This document shows positions 36,725-45,965 of a DNA stretch of 64,000 nt, piece after piece. Each line of letters starts with the position of its first letter. The stretch's first letter is position 1. Under the pieces are notes generated by a model. The model ran no database searches, was not told where the DNA came from, and saw only the letters and a list, made by a program, of their open reading frames with translations. The DNA comes from an uncultured Candidatus Saccharibacteria bacterium (lineage in GTDB: Bacteria; Patescibacteriota; Doudnabacteria; UBA920). Where the stretch lies: the NCBI GenBank assembly GCA_964612745.1, contig CAZTCH010000007.1:1327-65326 (forward strand), given 5' to 3'. The translations under genes were made by a program, and so were the position numbers.

Positions 36725-39544
36725 CTACTCCACCGTAAACACTACCTTGCTGCTACTATTTGTTCCCGACTTTGCTTGTATGGCATACGAACCAGGAGCG
36801 GGGGCGTCCCAAATGGTGCTATAGGCATATGTGCCATCTTGCATGCGGATACCCGAACTTGTCCCTACTGCAAAATCGTTGAGATAAAATGTAACACTAT
36901 CTAGTTGGCTATTGCTGACCGCTTGGAAAGCAACAGGGCTACTAATTGTTTGGTTTTTAACAGGGCTGGTAATGCTCAGGGGAGTACTGGCTGAGACGGT
37001 GACCCGTACGCTTGTTTCGGTACTCTTCCCGAAAGAATTAACGACTTGCACGGCTATGACATGTTCACCATCTGCTACTTTTTTGTTGATGGTGAATAGG
37101 TATGGTTCCGTAGTTTTGCTCTCTACTAACTGACCGTCCAGGAGCAGCTCTACACGTTGGCCTGGGGTGGCATTTTGCACTTTGGCAGATACGGTAATAG
37201 GGAGTTGAGTGATGCGCGCGCCATTTCGAGGTTCTTGGATGGATACTTGCGTTACTTCATTCTGATTTTCTTCTGTGGTGGTAGTTGCTCCACTCGGTGG
37301 GAGACTAAAGCCCTTGCTTTCCATCCATGCTCGCACAGGGTCTTCCCACGCAGCATTGTCTGGTTTCTCACTTCGGAAAACCGTGTAAGGTCTGAACTCG
37401 ATATTCTCGGAAGGGGTGCTAGATGTGGCGGCGAGCCCTGTAGTTCTGTCTATGCGCGCAATGATATGTACGTCATCGTATTCTTTCGGGACGGAGTAAC
37501 TTGCAAACACCTCTTCTTTTGTCTGTGGGGTGAAGTTTGTTGGAAGTTTCCCACTGACACTATCGACGCTAATCTTTTGGATTCCATCGGGCACGGAAAA
37601 GTTTTCTACTGGTGTATCTTTGAGTGCTTGTCGTAAGAATGTGTTCACAATTGGCGCCGCGACGACAACTCCATCTGCGCCACGCTTCATAGGTTCTCTA
37701 AAGTAGTTGTTTCCAGTCCAGACTCCCACAGCAATGCTAGGGGTGAAGCACATGGTCCAACCATCTCGCCACTCGTTGGTTGTTCCTGTCTTACACGCAA
37801 CGGGTCTTCCGGGGAGGGTGAGAGGGTTGTTTACACCAAAGATATAGGAGCGGGCAGCGTTGTCCGTCATGATGCTTGTGAGTTCATAGACTGCTTGTTC
37901 GTCCACTGCTCGTTGGCTTTTATCGGAGTATTCCTCAAGAATTTCGCCAGTACGGCTTTCGATTTTCAAAATTGGGGTTGCGGGATTGCGTACGCCTCCG
38001 TTGGCGAGAGTGGCGTATGCAGCGGTGTGATCCAAGAGTCTTACCTCACAACCTCCAAGTACCAGCGACAGCCCACAATCGTTAAAGTTACTGGTTATCC
38101 CAAGGTCTTGCGCAGTTTTAATTGCGTTGTTTACACCTACGAGTGCCAAGGTTTTTACTGCAGGAATGTTTAAGCTACCGGCAAGTGCTTGCCGCATAGA
38201 GACTGGTCCGAAATTGGCACCGGTATAGTTTTTCGGGATGTAAGATTTTCCGCCGTACGTTCCGAAGTTGGTGGTTACATCCATGAGCATGGAGGCTGGT
38301 GCGTAACCGAATTCTTTTTTGAACGCCGTGAGGTAGACGAATGGTTTAAAGCTGCTTCCAGGTTGGCGCAGGCTTAAGGCAACGTTTACACTAGGGTCAA
38401 ATAAACAATCTTTACCAGGGGTGCATCCTTCGGGGGTGCTTGTACCAAAGAAATCTTTACTACCAACCATGCTCAGTATTTGTCCGGTTTTGGAGTCTAT
38501 GGCAACAAGTGCTGCATTGTTTGCGTTGTAAGACTTAGCGTTTTTCTCTGCTCTGTCAGAAATAGCTTTCTCGGCTAAGTTTTGCAGTTTCAGGTCGAGG
38601 GTGGTGTATACTTTCAGACCACCTTCTTCAAGAGATTGTTCTCCAAACTTGTCTGCGAGATAATTTTGTACGTAGAGCACGAAGTGCGGAGCTTTGAGGC
38701 TGTTCTGTGGTGGAATGAACGCTACGGTTTCTTTGCTCGCTTGTTCCTTTTCCTGTGCCGTAATATACCCTTGGGCCTCCATAAGGCTTAAGATTGTCTG
38801 CTGTCTTCTGTCGAGCGCATCTCGGTTTGGTCCGAATGGGTTCAGGTATGTAGTGGATTGGGGGAGCGCAGCAAGGTATGCACTCTCTGCGAGGGTGAGG
38901 TCTTTTGCAGATTTATTGAAATACGATTTACTGGCTGCTTCTATGCCGTATGCGTTTCGTCCGTAAGGAATTTCGTTCAGATACAACTGGAGAATTTCTT
39001 CTTTACTGTATCGTGCTTCTAGTTCTATAGATAAGATGACTTCTTTTATTTTGCGCGAGATTCGTTTGTCTGAAGTAAGGAGTGCATTTTTAACGAATTG
39101 TTGCGTAATGGTGCTGCCCCCTTGTTTTTTGCTGCCTGAGGTAATGTCTACCCATGCAGAGCGAGCAAGCGCGCGAAGTGAAATACCTTTATGTTTAAAG
39201 AAGTCTTTGTCTTCTACAGCCACAGTGGCGTTTTTGAGGTATGGCGAAATAGCGTCTAATTGTACGAGTGTGCGTTTTGCTTCGCCGTGGATTTCGTAGA
39301 GTAGTTCGCCGTTGCGGTCGTAGATCTTAGATGACTCAGGGACTGTGCGTTGGAGGAGTGTGTTTGGGTCAGGAAGGGTAAAACTAAAATAGACGAACAT
39401 GAGTGCGAGCAGCGCTATACCAATAGCAAAAGCTCGAAACAGCCATGTCGTAATAAGACGTTTATTTCGTTTAGCGTATTTCCACCATTTTTTAATATTG
39501 GTTGCCGACTGCTCGGATACGCGCTCAAATGAATATATTTTCAT
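36725..39544 (-). CDS. Class A penicillin-binding protein (PBP1A-type transglycosylase/transpeptidase) with C-terminal Ig-like extensions
   Basis: The GT51 motif is LDAISPYLKNATVAVEDKDFFKHKGIS. The transpeptidase motifs are SSFKPFVY (SxxK) and KTGTT. There is an N-terminal TM anchor. 939 aa. Confidence 0.9.
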   Translation of the reverse strand: MKIYSFERVSEQSATNIKKWWKYAKRNKRLITTWLFRAFAIGIALLALMFVYFSFTLPDPNTLLQRTVPESSKIYDRNGELLYEIHGEAKRTLVQLDAISPYLKNATVAVEDKDFFKHKGISLRALARSAWVDITSGSKKQGGSTITQQFVKNALLTSDKRISRKIKEVILSIELEARYSKEEILQLYLNEIPYGRNAYGIEAASKSYFNKSAKDLTLAESAYLAALPQSTTYLNPFGPNRDALDRRQQTILSLMEAQGYITAQEKEQASKETVAFIPPQNSLKAPHFVLYVQNYLADKFGEQSLEEGGLKVYTTLDLKLQNLAEKAISDRAEKNAKSYNANNAALVAIDSKTGQILSMVGSKDFFGTSTPEGCTPGKDCLFDPSVNVALSLRQPGSSFKPFVYLTAFKKEFGYAPASMLMDVTTNFGTYGGKSYIPKNYTGANFGPVSMRQALAGSLNIPAVKTLALVGVNNAIKTAQDLGITSNFNDCGLSLVLGGCEVRLLDHTAAYATLANGGVRNPATPILKIESRTGEILEEYSDKSQRAVDEQAVYELTSIMTDNAARSYIFGVNNPLTLPGRPVACKTGTTNEWRDGWTMCFTPSIAVGVWTGNNYFREPMKRGADGVVVAAPIVNTFLRQALKDTPVENFSVPDGIQKISVDSVSGKLPTNFTPQTKEEVFASYSVPKEYDDVHIIARIDRTTGLAATSSTPSENIEFRPYTVFRSEKPDNAAWEDPVRAWMESKGFSLPPSGATTTTEENQNEVTQVSIQEPRNGARITQLPITVSAKVQNATPGQRVELLLDGQLVESKTTEPYLFTINKKVADGEHVIAVQVVNSFGKSTETSVRVTVSASTPLSITSPVKNQTISSPVAFQAVSNSQLDSVTFYLNDFAVGTSSGIRMQDGTYAYSTIWDAPAPGSYAIQAKSGTNSSSKVVFTVE

Positions 39545-39698
39545 AGTGAATTAAAAGGCTAGTAGATGTAGTATACCGGCTTTCTGTACCCCTGTAAAAA
39601 TGCTACAATGAAGCCATATTTATGAAATTCGAGTGCTTACTGTTGCGGATTTTGTGGTGTGTTGCTATCCGTACGTACTCTCTAGGGGATTTAGCGTT

Positions 39699-40877
39699 AT
39701 GACCAAAGAACAAAAAATAGAAGAATTGTTGAGTCGTGGTGTGGCTGATGTGGTAGATAAGGAAAACTTGCGCAAAGCGCTGCTTTCCAAGCGGGTGTTG
39801 CGTGTGAAGCTAGGGATCGATCCAACCAGTCCCAATTTGCATATTGGGCGTGCGGTGGCTTTGTGGAAACTACGCGCTTTTCAAGATTTGGGTCACCAAG
39901 TGGTTTTTATTGTTGGGGACTTTACCGGTTTGATTGGTGACACTTCCGACAAAGATGCAGAACGACCAATGCTTACAGAAGCAGAGGTGGAGCAGAACAT
40001 GCAGACGTATCTTGCCCAAGCATATAAAATTTTAGATAAGACTAAAACAGAAGCTCACTTTAATTCCAAGTGGTTGAAAAAACTTGGGTTCAAGGAAATC
40101 GGTCTCATGGCAAATGGGTTTGGGCTGCATGAGTTTTCTGCGCGCGAGCTGATTAAAAAACGACTCGATGCTGGCAAGCGCGTGAGCCTTCGTGAACTTT
40201 TGTACCCACTCATGCAAGGGTATGACAGTGTTGCGGTACAGGCAGATGTTGAACTTGGTGGGAGTGACCAGTGGTTTAATTTGCTTGCTGGTAGGACTAT
40301 CCAGCCACTATACGGTCAAAAGCCACAAGATATCATGACGTTCCAACTGCTCGAAGGAACAGATGGGCGCAAGATGTCTTCGTCGTGGGGGAATGTGATT
40401 ACCTTAAACGATGCGCCAACGGACATGTTTGGGAAAGTTATGTCGTTGCGGGATGAACTTATTGGTCGCTACTTTGAGCTTGCCACTCGCGTGCCTTTGC
40501 AAGAAGTAGAGCAGTTCATGCAAAGCACACCAAACCCACGTGATCAAAAGATGCGCTTAGGAGAAGAGCTGGTAACGTTGTACCACGGAGCCGCAGCTGC
40601 ACAGCAAGCGCGCGAAGCATTTATTTCGCAGTTTAGTAACAAAGAATTACCTTCCGATATTCCAGAAGTAAAGCTGGGCTCGGGGGAGTATAAGCTTGTG
40701 GAGCTGCTCGTGCAAACCGAGTTGGTCACTTCAAAAGCAGAAGCGCGCAGGCTTTTGGAACAAGGTGGGGTGCGGGTGAACCAAGAAGTGGTGAAGACGG
40801 ATATTCAGATTACGCACAAAAAAAATACCGACTTACTCCTGCAAGTCGGAAAACGGAAATTTATAAAGCTTGTATAA
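39699..40877 (+). CDS. tyrS: Tyrosyl-tRNA synthetase (class I, with a C-terminal S4 domain)
   Basis: The ATG at 39699 gives MTKEQKIEELL.... It has a HIGH-like HIGR, a KMSSS (KMSKS) motif and a C-terminal S4-like LVTSKAEARRLLEQGGVRVN. Confidence 0.8.
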   Translation: MTKEQKIEELLSRGVADVVDKENLRKALLSKRVLRVKLGIDPTSPNLHIGRAVALWKLRAFQDLGHQVVFIVGDFTGLIGDTSDKDAERPMLTEAEVEQNMQTYLAQAYKILDKTKTEAHFNSKWLKKLGFKEIGLMANGFGLHEFSARELIKKRLDAGKRVSLRELLYPLMQGYDSVAVQADVELGGSDQWFNLLAGRTIQPLYGQKPQDIMTFQLLEGTDGRKMSSSWGNVITLNDAPTDMFGKVMSLRDELIGRYFELATRVPLQEVEQFMQSTPNPRDQKMRLGEELVTLYHGAAAAQQAREAFISQFSNKELPSDIPEVKLGSGEYKLVELLVQTELVTSKAEARRLLEQGGVRVNQEVVKTDIQITHKKNTDLLLQVGKRKFIKLV

Positions 40878-40882
40878 ATAAT

Positions 40883-40913
40883 AAAACCCTTTCTTTACAG
40901 AAAGGGTTTTATT
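40883..40913 (+). terminator. Rho-independent terminator (aaaaccctttctttacagaaagggttttatt)
   Basis: Hairpin plus a T-run located 6 nt after the tyrS stop. Confidence 0.7.
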
Positions 40914-40921
40914 ATAAAGAA

Positions 40922-41080
40922 CTAAGCGGCTGGAGTTGGTTCAACTTCTTCGCCTTCTTTTTCTTCTTCTTTGATTTCTTCTGTTGGCTCTACTGGAGCT
41001 TCCATTGCTGGCATTTCTGCTGCTGCAGGAGCATCCATTACTGGAGCTGTAGGAGTTGCTGGTACTTCTTCTGGGTTCAT
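40922..41080 (-). CDS. Small acidic Pro/Glu/Ala-rich protein (52 aa)
   Basis: The minus-strand ATG at 41078-41080 has an upstream aaggag RBS. It translates to MNPEEVPATPTAPVMDAPAAAEMPAMEAPVEPTEEIKEEEKEGEEVEPTPAA. It falls below the ORF-track length cutoff. Confidence 0.4.
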   Translation of the reverse strand: MNPEEVPATPTAPVMDAPAAAEMPAMEAPVEPTEEIKEEEKEGEEVEPTPAA

Positions 41081-41202
41081 AATCTTCTCCTTGTTCTCAC
41101 TTTTTACAGCGAGAAAAGTTACTTGTATGTATAAACAATTGCTTGTCTTGGAGCAAGTGTACCAGCTATTGGTTGTTTTGTCCAGTCGGTGGGGCGTTTA
41201 GA

Positions 41203-41326
41203 CATGTAAACATATAAGCATGTGAACATGTAAACATTAAAACATAAAACATTAGAACATTGAAACATGTAAACATTCAAACATTAGAACATAGAAACAG
41301 TAAAACATGGAATCATTAAAACACGG
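41203..41326. repeat. Tandem array of about 17 degenerate heptamers (A/G)AACAT(N)
   Basis: The sequence catgtaaacatataagcatgtgaacatgtaaacattaaaacataaaacattagaacattgaaacatgtaaacattcaaacattagaacatagaaacagtaaaacatgg was seen directly. It lies between the ruvC 3' end and the small acidic gene. Confidence 0.7.
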
Positions 41327-41359
41327 ATGGGGGAAGAGTGATGCTTGTGAATGGGTTGG

Positions 41360-41845
41360 TTACTTTGTGTGGGGTTTGTGATGGAGAGCACAGCAGAGTG
41401 CAATGGCGAGCGCGTCCGCGGCGTCGTCTGGTTTTGGAATGGTGTCCAGAGTAAACGTGTGCTTGACCATGAATTGCATTTGTTTTTTGTCTGCTTGGCC
41501 GTTACCCGTGAGCGTACTTTTTACTTGTAGAGGGGTATATTCGTAAATTGGTACGTGGTGTGCAGCTAGAGTTTGCAGTATAACTCCTCTGGCTTGTGCA
41601 ACGTTGATTGCAGTTTTTACGTTGGTTTCAAAGAATAGTTTCTCTACTCCTGCAGCAGCTGGCTTATGTGTGCTGAGTAACTGCGAGAGGTCTTGTGCGA
41701 GTATATGCAGTCGTTCGGCATCGGTGAGTGATTTGTCCGTGGTAACAACGCCAAAATCAACAGCTTTCCAGCCGCCTTTACCGTCTTTTTGAATTACCCC
41801 AAAGCCTGTCGTGGCGGTCCCAGGGTCGATACCGAGTATAATCAT
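41360..41845 (-). CDS. ruvC: Crossover junction endodeoxyribonuclease RuvC
   Basis: The ATG at 41845 gives MIILGIDPGTATTGFGVI..., the RuvC catalytic-Asp start. The ORF-track start lies 8 codons upstream. Confidence 0.9.
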   Translation of the reverse strand: MIILGIDPGTATTGFGVIQKDGKGGWKAVDFGVVTTDKSLTDAERLHILAQDLSQLLSTHKPAAAGVEKLFFETNVKTAINVAQARGVILQTLAAHHVPIYEYTPLQVKSTLTGNGQADKKQMQFMVKHTFTLDTIPKPDDAADALAIALCCALHHKPHTK

Positions 41846-41925
41846 GTAAGCATTAAAACATAGAAACATATAAACACAAAACCTTTTGCTTACATGTTTC
41901 TATGTTTATATGTTCAAGTTTTGCC

Positions 41926-42657
41926 TTAGAGCTGGGCGGAGGTGTATATAGCGACGACGTCTTCGTTGTCTTCTAATTCTTCGTATATAGCTTCTACTTC
42001 AGCTTGTTGTTCAGGGGTAAGGGCTACTGGTTGCGTGGCAAGTTTTGCGGTGTGTGCTTGTGCTACTATTGCGCCTGCTTGTTCTAGTGCGTTCTTTACT
42101 TGCTCTAACGTACTAGGATTTGTTTGCACTTCCAACCCCTCTTCTGTCTCCACGACATCTTCTGCTCCAGCGTCTATTGCCACCAGTTCCAGCGTCGATA
42201 ACTCTATTTTCTGACCTCTGTTTTCTGTCCTCTCTATTAATATCTGTCCTCTATCGCTAAACTGCCATGCGACGCTTCCCATTGCTCCAAGGCTGCCTCC
42301 GTGCTTACTTAAGGTGTGCTTAATAGTTTGCACAGCGCGGTTGGTGTTGTCGGTTGCTACTTCTACCATGAAGGCTGTGCCAAAAGGTCCGTATCCTTCG
42401 TAGAGTGCTTCTGTGAGGCTTGCGCTATTTTTGTCCGATGCTTTTTTGATTGCTCGCTCTATGTTGTCATTTGGCATGCCTTCTGCTCGTGCGTTGTCTA
42501 CTTCTGTTCTGAGTTGGAAATTGAGCGCGGGGTCAGGAGTACCATTTTTTGCGGCAATGGTAATCTTTTTGGATAACTTCGAAAACAGGACGCCTCGTTT
42601 TGCATCTTTGGCTCCTTTACTGCGTTTGATTTGTGACCATTTGCTGTGTCCGGACAT
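41926..42657 (-). CDS. yebC: YebC/PmpR-family transcriptional regulator
   Basis: MSGHSKWSQIKRSKGAKDAKRG is the canonical YebC N-terminus. 243 aa. Confidence 0.9.
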   Translation of the reverse strand: MSGHSKWSQIKRSKGAKDAKRGVLFSKLSKKITIAAKNGTPDPALNFQLRTEVDNARAEGMPNDNIERAIKKASDKNSASLTEALYEGYGPFGTAFMVEVATDNTNRAVQTIKHTLSKHGGSLGAMGSVAWQFSDRGQILIERTENRGQKIELSTLELVAIDAGAEDVVETEEGLEVQTNPSTLEQVKNALEQAGAIVAQAHTAKLATQPVALTPEQQAEVEAIYEELEDNEDVVAIYTSAQL

Positions 42658-42729
42658 ACAATGAATGCGAATGAGTGAATGCTGATTGCAGAAGTATAAT
42701 ACTGTAGAACAAAAATAGTGCCAAGCAGC

Positions 42730-43536
42730 TTACTTTTGGTGCTTTGTGGTTTTGTCCCACTGTGGTTCTGTGGCCTTCCAAAGTGCTTGCAGGAATTGCC
42801 GCAAGTTCTGTGCCAAGAGTGGTTCTTTAAGTTCTATTAAGTAATGTGGGTGAGTTTCAAGAGAGAGTAGGACTAAATAATTTCCATAAATCCAGATATC
42901 TGTCGTAAAGTCTATATCTGGAATAAGCAAAAATTCGCCAGTGCCTGGGCCTGTTGCCGCTGCTGTTTTGCGTACAATGGCATCATCACTAAAGAGTTTT
43001 AAGGTAAGGTTCTCGCTTCTGGGTTGTTGCCAGTACCAAGAGATCCATTCTTTGTAGCCTGTTTCAAACTGGGCAGATTCAAACCCCCAGACAGTGGAGC
43101 CGAACTGGTGCGCACTTTCCATCCATTTATCTGCTCGTTTGTATAAAAAATCTAGTATTCTTTCTTCTTCTATGTAGGTAAGTCTGGGTTCTGTCTGTGT
43201 CTTTTGGGGGATTATTTTATCCAGCTCGTATACTGCGCGTTTTGCCAGTTCCAATTTTTTTACCACACTTGCTTGTTCTTTCTCGAGCTGTGCTATAAGC
43301 GCTTCTGGGGGTTTAGCAAGTAATTGTGTTACAGGCGTTCCAAGATCTTCTACGAGTAACTCTTGCTTTATGAGTTGCTTTGCGACTGCATAGCATGTGG
43401 TGCGGTTGAGTTTTGTGAGTTCCGCCACTTTGTTGTAGCTAATCGGATTGTGGTGCAAAACAGTTAAATACACTACTGTTTCATTTCGGCTCAGTCCTAT
43501 TTCTGCAAGGAGGCTATGCAGTAACTCATTTGTCAT
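42730..43536 (-). CDS. TrmB-family HTH transcriptional regulator, paralog
   Basis: LLAEIGLSRNETVVYLTVLHHNPISYNKVAELTKLNRTTCY is a TrmB-type HTH. It lies divergent from a secreted-protein gene, as the 10532..11281 copy does. Confidence 0.6.
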   Translation of the reverse strand: MTNELLHSLLAEIGLSRNETVVYLTVLHHNPISYNKVAELTKLNRTTCYAVAKQLIKQELLVEDLGTPVTQLLAKPPEALIAQLEKEQASVVKKLELAKRAVYELDKIIPQKTQTEPRLTYIEEERILDFLYKRADKWMESAHQFGSTVWGFESAQFETGYKEWISWYWQQPRSENLTLKLFSDDAIVRKTAAATGPGTGEFLLIPDIDFTTDIWIYGNYLVLLSLETHPHYLIELKEPLLAQNLRQFLQALWKATEPQWDKTTKHQK

Positions 43537-43782
43537 AGTTAGTACAACAATAATAATACGCTTATTCTAGTACAGTTTACGAAATTTGTCGAAACTAGTT
43601 ATATTCAAAAATGAACAGATTAGGTATCGTGAGGGTACAAAAGTAGAACTTTCTAGTGACTCTTTTTCGAGCACCTGATGCATGGGGTGCTCAAAACAGG
43701 GGAAAGAAAGCGAGAAGTCCAAGGGTTAGCCATTCTGGCCAGACCGCTCGCTTTGCACCTGAGAAAAACCACAGGAGGTTCT

Positions 43783-44535
43783 ATGAACAAAGTATTCAGT
43801 ATAGGTGTGTTGGTTGCATTGTTTGTACTGCCAGTTTTTGCCCAAGAAACGGCGTCGTGGGATACTTCGGTCCACGGTTATGTCTGGGTTGGGTCACGGT
43901 ATTGGGGTGGAATCGCCAATGCCGAGTTTGACTCAAGGCCGGTCGCACAGGGTGGGGTAAATGTGGTGCTCCAGAAACGAGGAACCCAAGTTGTTTTGAA
44001 AACTTGGTTTTCCGGAAGCACTGCAAGAAACGCTGCTGGTGAGCGGTTCACAGGAAACGCACAAGAGTTTGATCTTGGCGTTGACTTGGTCCAGAAACTG
44101 GGACACGGATGGGCTGCTAAGGTGGGTTATTCGCACTTCTTTATTACTAAGAGTGCGGGTAGCGATGTTGAGATGTTGGTTGTAACTATTACAAAAGACG
44201 TAGTAGTAACAGAACGGCATCAAATTACAACAGGTATGGAGTTTTACGACTTCGTACCTACTCACAAAACTGGTCCGGCTGGTGGGCAGTTCTACTTGCC
44301 GAACATTGCGTATAGCTTTGTTCTTGGTAAAGTTGTGCTGAACACAGGCGCTGCAGTAGCGTTTAACTCGAATGGGGCGTTCGGACTCAGGTCTGAACGA
44401 ACTGTGAGGGTAACGGCGCAGCTGCTATGGAAACTGCCAAAAGGGAGTACGGGGCCAGACGTAACATACGGAGGCTCCTTCAATAGCAAGCAACGACCAA
44501 TGCGCACCACCGTCGGGTGGTCGTGGATATTTTAG
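43783..44535 (+). CDS. Secreted hypothetical beta-rich protein
   Basis: The ATG at 43783 has an aggagg RBS. The signal peptide is MNKVFSIGVLVALFVLPVFAQE. The upstream part of the ORF-track call is non-coding. Confidence 0.6.
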   Translation: MNKVFSIGVLVALFVLPVFAQETASWDTSVHGYVWVGSRYWGGIANAEFDSRPVAQGGVNVVLQKRGTQVVLKTWFSGSTARNAAGERFTGNAQEFDLGVDLVQKLGHGWAAKVGYSHFFITKSAGSDVEMLVVTITKDVVVTERHQITTGMEFYDFVPTHKTGPAGGQFYLPNIAYSFVLGKVVLNTGAAVAFNSNGAFGLRSERTVRVTAQLLWKLPKGSTGPDVTYGGSFNSKQRPMRTTVGWSWIF

Positions 44536-44581
44536 TGCTCTGCACAAACGCCCAGAAGCTTTTGCTTTCTGGGCGTTCTTT

Positions 44582-45001
44582 TTATTCTTCTTCTAAGATT
44601 CTGAAAAAGAATTCGGATATCCTATCTGCATTTTTCATATTTTTATTGCAGTGTTCGTATTTAGAGCACATCCATGTGCCTCTAGACCTGTATTCAATTC
44701 CTTTTGGTCGTTTCTTGGTTTCGCAAGAAACAAAGAATACGTCACTTTGCTTTCTATGCTTGTGGCAAAATTCGCAGAACCCAAGCCGGAGTGCGCCAAT
44801 GGGTGGTTGTACTACTTCTAAGCGCAAACCAGAAAGGGAGTTTTTGTATTCAAATAGTACAAATAAGCACATCTCAGATTGGTCCAGCCAGCTAAAGTAT
44901 GTTAAATCTGAAAAGGCCACTTCTTCTAGTCGCGCTGGAAGACGTAGGTGTTTTACTTTTTTGAATAATGTTCGAATCTGTTCACGTGTGACTTGTTTCA
45001 T
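44582..45001 (-). CDS. Cys-rich hypothetical protein (zinc-finger-like CxxC...C...C pattern)
   Basis: CEFCHKHRK...FVSCETKK...WMCSKYEHCN. Its start overlaps the rsmI stop by 4 nt, suggesting translational coupling. The opposite-strand ORF at 44517..45005 was rejected. Confidence 0.5.
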   Translation of the reverse strand: MKQVTREQIRTLFKKVKHLRLPARLEEVAFSDLTYFSWLDQSEMCLFVLFEYKNSLSGLRLEVVQPPIGALRLGFCEFCHKHRKQSDVFFVSCETKKRPKGIEYRSRGTWMCSKYEHCNKNMKNADRISEFFFRILEEE

Positions 45002-45663
45002 TTAAACGATATGAGTAGAACTATTTCACCTTTTATGCTTGTGCGGTTTGCTAAAATTTGTGCGACTTCGACTGCGCTACCGCGAATGTATTCCTCGTGG
45101 AGTTTTGTAATTTCTCGAGCCACTACTACTTTGGCGGTGGGGAAGTACTTGGCGATTACTTGTGCTGACTTTACGATGCGTTGTGGGGATTCGTAAATAA
45201 TGAGTGTGCTGCTAGTTTGCTCTGCGTCTTTCAGTGCAGCGAGTAATTTTGGTTCTGTTTTGGGTAGGAAGCCTACAAACAAAAAGCGGTCGCTGGGGAG
45301 GCCTGAACCAGCCAGTGCTGTTGTAACAGCGCTTGGTCCAGGGATGCTCTCTACGGAGAGTTGTGCTTCTGTGCATGCGCGCACTAGTTTGAACCCAGGG
45401 TCAGAAATAGCAGGAGTTCCGGCGTCGCTCACAAGGGCGGCATTGTGTGTCTGGAGCTTGGCGAGAATTTTTGGAATAGCAATTGCTTCATTATGGTCTG
45501 CGAGCTGTACGAGCTCCTTTTTAGGTATTCCTAAATGTTTTAAAAGCGTACCGGTATGTAAAGGGTTTTCGGCAATAATAAAATCTACCTCGGTTAGGGT
45601 ACGAATGGCCCTGAGAGTAATATCTTCGAGGTTGCCAATGGGGGTTGGGACGATTGTGAGCAT
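44998..45663 (-). CDS. rsmI: 16S rRNA (cytidine1402-2'-O)-methyltransferase RsmI
   Basis: MLTIVPTPIGNLEDITLRAIRTL...FIIAE is the RsmI tetrapyrrole-methylase-fold N-terminus. 221 aa. Confidence 0.9.
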   Translation of the reverse strand: MLTIVPTPIGNLEDITLRAIRTLTEVDFIIAENPLHTGTLLKHLGIPKKELVQLADHNEAIAIPKILAKLQTHNAALVSDAGTPAISDPGFKLVRACTEAQLSVESIPGPSAVTTALAGSGLPSDRFLFVGFLPKTEPKLLAALKDAEQTSSTLIIYESPQRIVKSAQVIAKYFPTAKVVVAREITKLHEEYIRGSAVEVAQILANRTSIKGEIVLLISFK

Positions 45664-45699
45664 GACTATAGTATACGTATTTCACAATTTTTCGTATAG

Positions 45700-45728
45700 T
45701 TGCCCAATGGGCTTTGCTTCGGTATAAT
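45700..45728 (+). promoter_or_regulatory. Sigma70-like promoter (TTGCCC-17-TATAAT) upstream of tRNA-Ile
   Basis: The -35 element is ttgccc at 45700-45705 and the -10 element is tataat at 45723-45728. The spacer is 17 bp and the site lies about 45 nt upstream of the tRNA. Confidence 0.45.
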
Positions 45729-45774
45729 TGCTCTACGGGCGAAGCGTTTAGTGCTTCTTTGCCCACCTTAGCGC

Positions 45775-45851
45775 GGGCGTGTAGCTCAGCTGGTTAGAGC
45801 ACGAAGCTTATACCTTCGGGGTCCATGGTTCGAATCCATGCACGCCCACCA
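45775..45851 (+). tRNA. tRNA-Ile (anticodon UAU), CCA encoded
   Basis: A manual cloverleaf gives acceptor GGGCGUG/CACGCCC, D-stem GCUC/GAGC, anticodon stem CGAAG/CUUCG with loop CUUAUAC, and a T-arm CAUGG-UUCGAAU-CCAUG. A terminator follows at 45853-45883. Confidence 0.85.
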
Positions 45852-45852
45852 T

Positions 45853-45883
45853 AAAATAGACCACAGGTGTGGTCTATTTTATT
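45853..45883 (+). terminator. Rho-independent terminator (aaaatagaccac-aggtg-tggtctattttatt)
   Basis: A perfect 10-bp stem plus a T-run. Confidence 0.75.
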
Positions 45884-45917
45884 GCCAGAAATAAATTACA
45901 TTTGTATTCTCCTTTAC

Positions 45918-45950
45918 AAAAAACCACCAGATTGCTCTGGTGGTTTTTTG
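45918..45950. terminator. Bidirectional terminator (aaaaaaccaccag-attgct-ctggtggttttttg), downstream of gyrA
   Basis: A 9-bp stem flanked by A- and T-runs. It lies 16 nt beyond the gyrA stop. Confidence 0.75.
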
Positions 45951-45965
45951 TAAAGTTTGTACTTT

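Noticed and set aside
41203-41326. AAACAT tandem array as a possible CRISPR array
   Set aside because: The units are 7-8 nt with no spacers, and there are no 24-40-nt repeats alternating with unique spacers. It is a microsatellite-like tandem repeat.
44517-45005. 162-aa plus-strand ORF
   Set aside because: The overlapping minus-strand 139-aa ORF is translationally coupled to rsmI by a 4-nt overlap and has a Cys-rich motif. The plus-strand frame has no RBS and is low-complexity.
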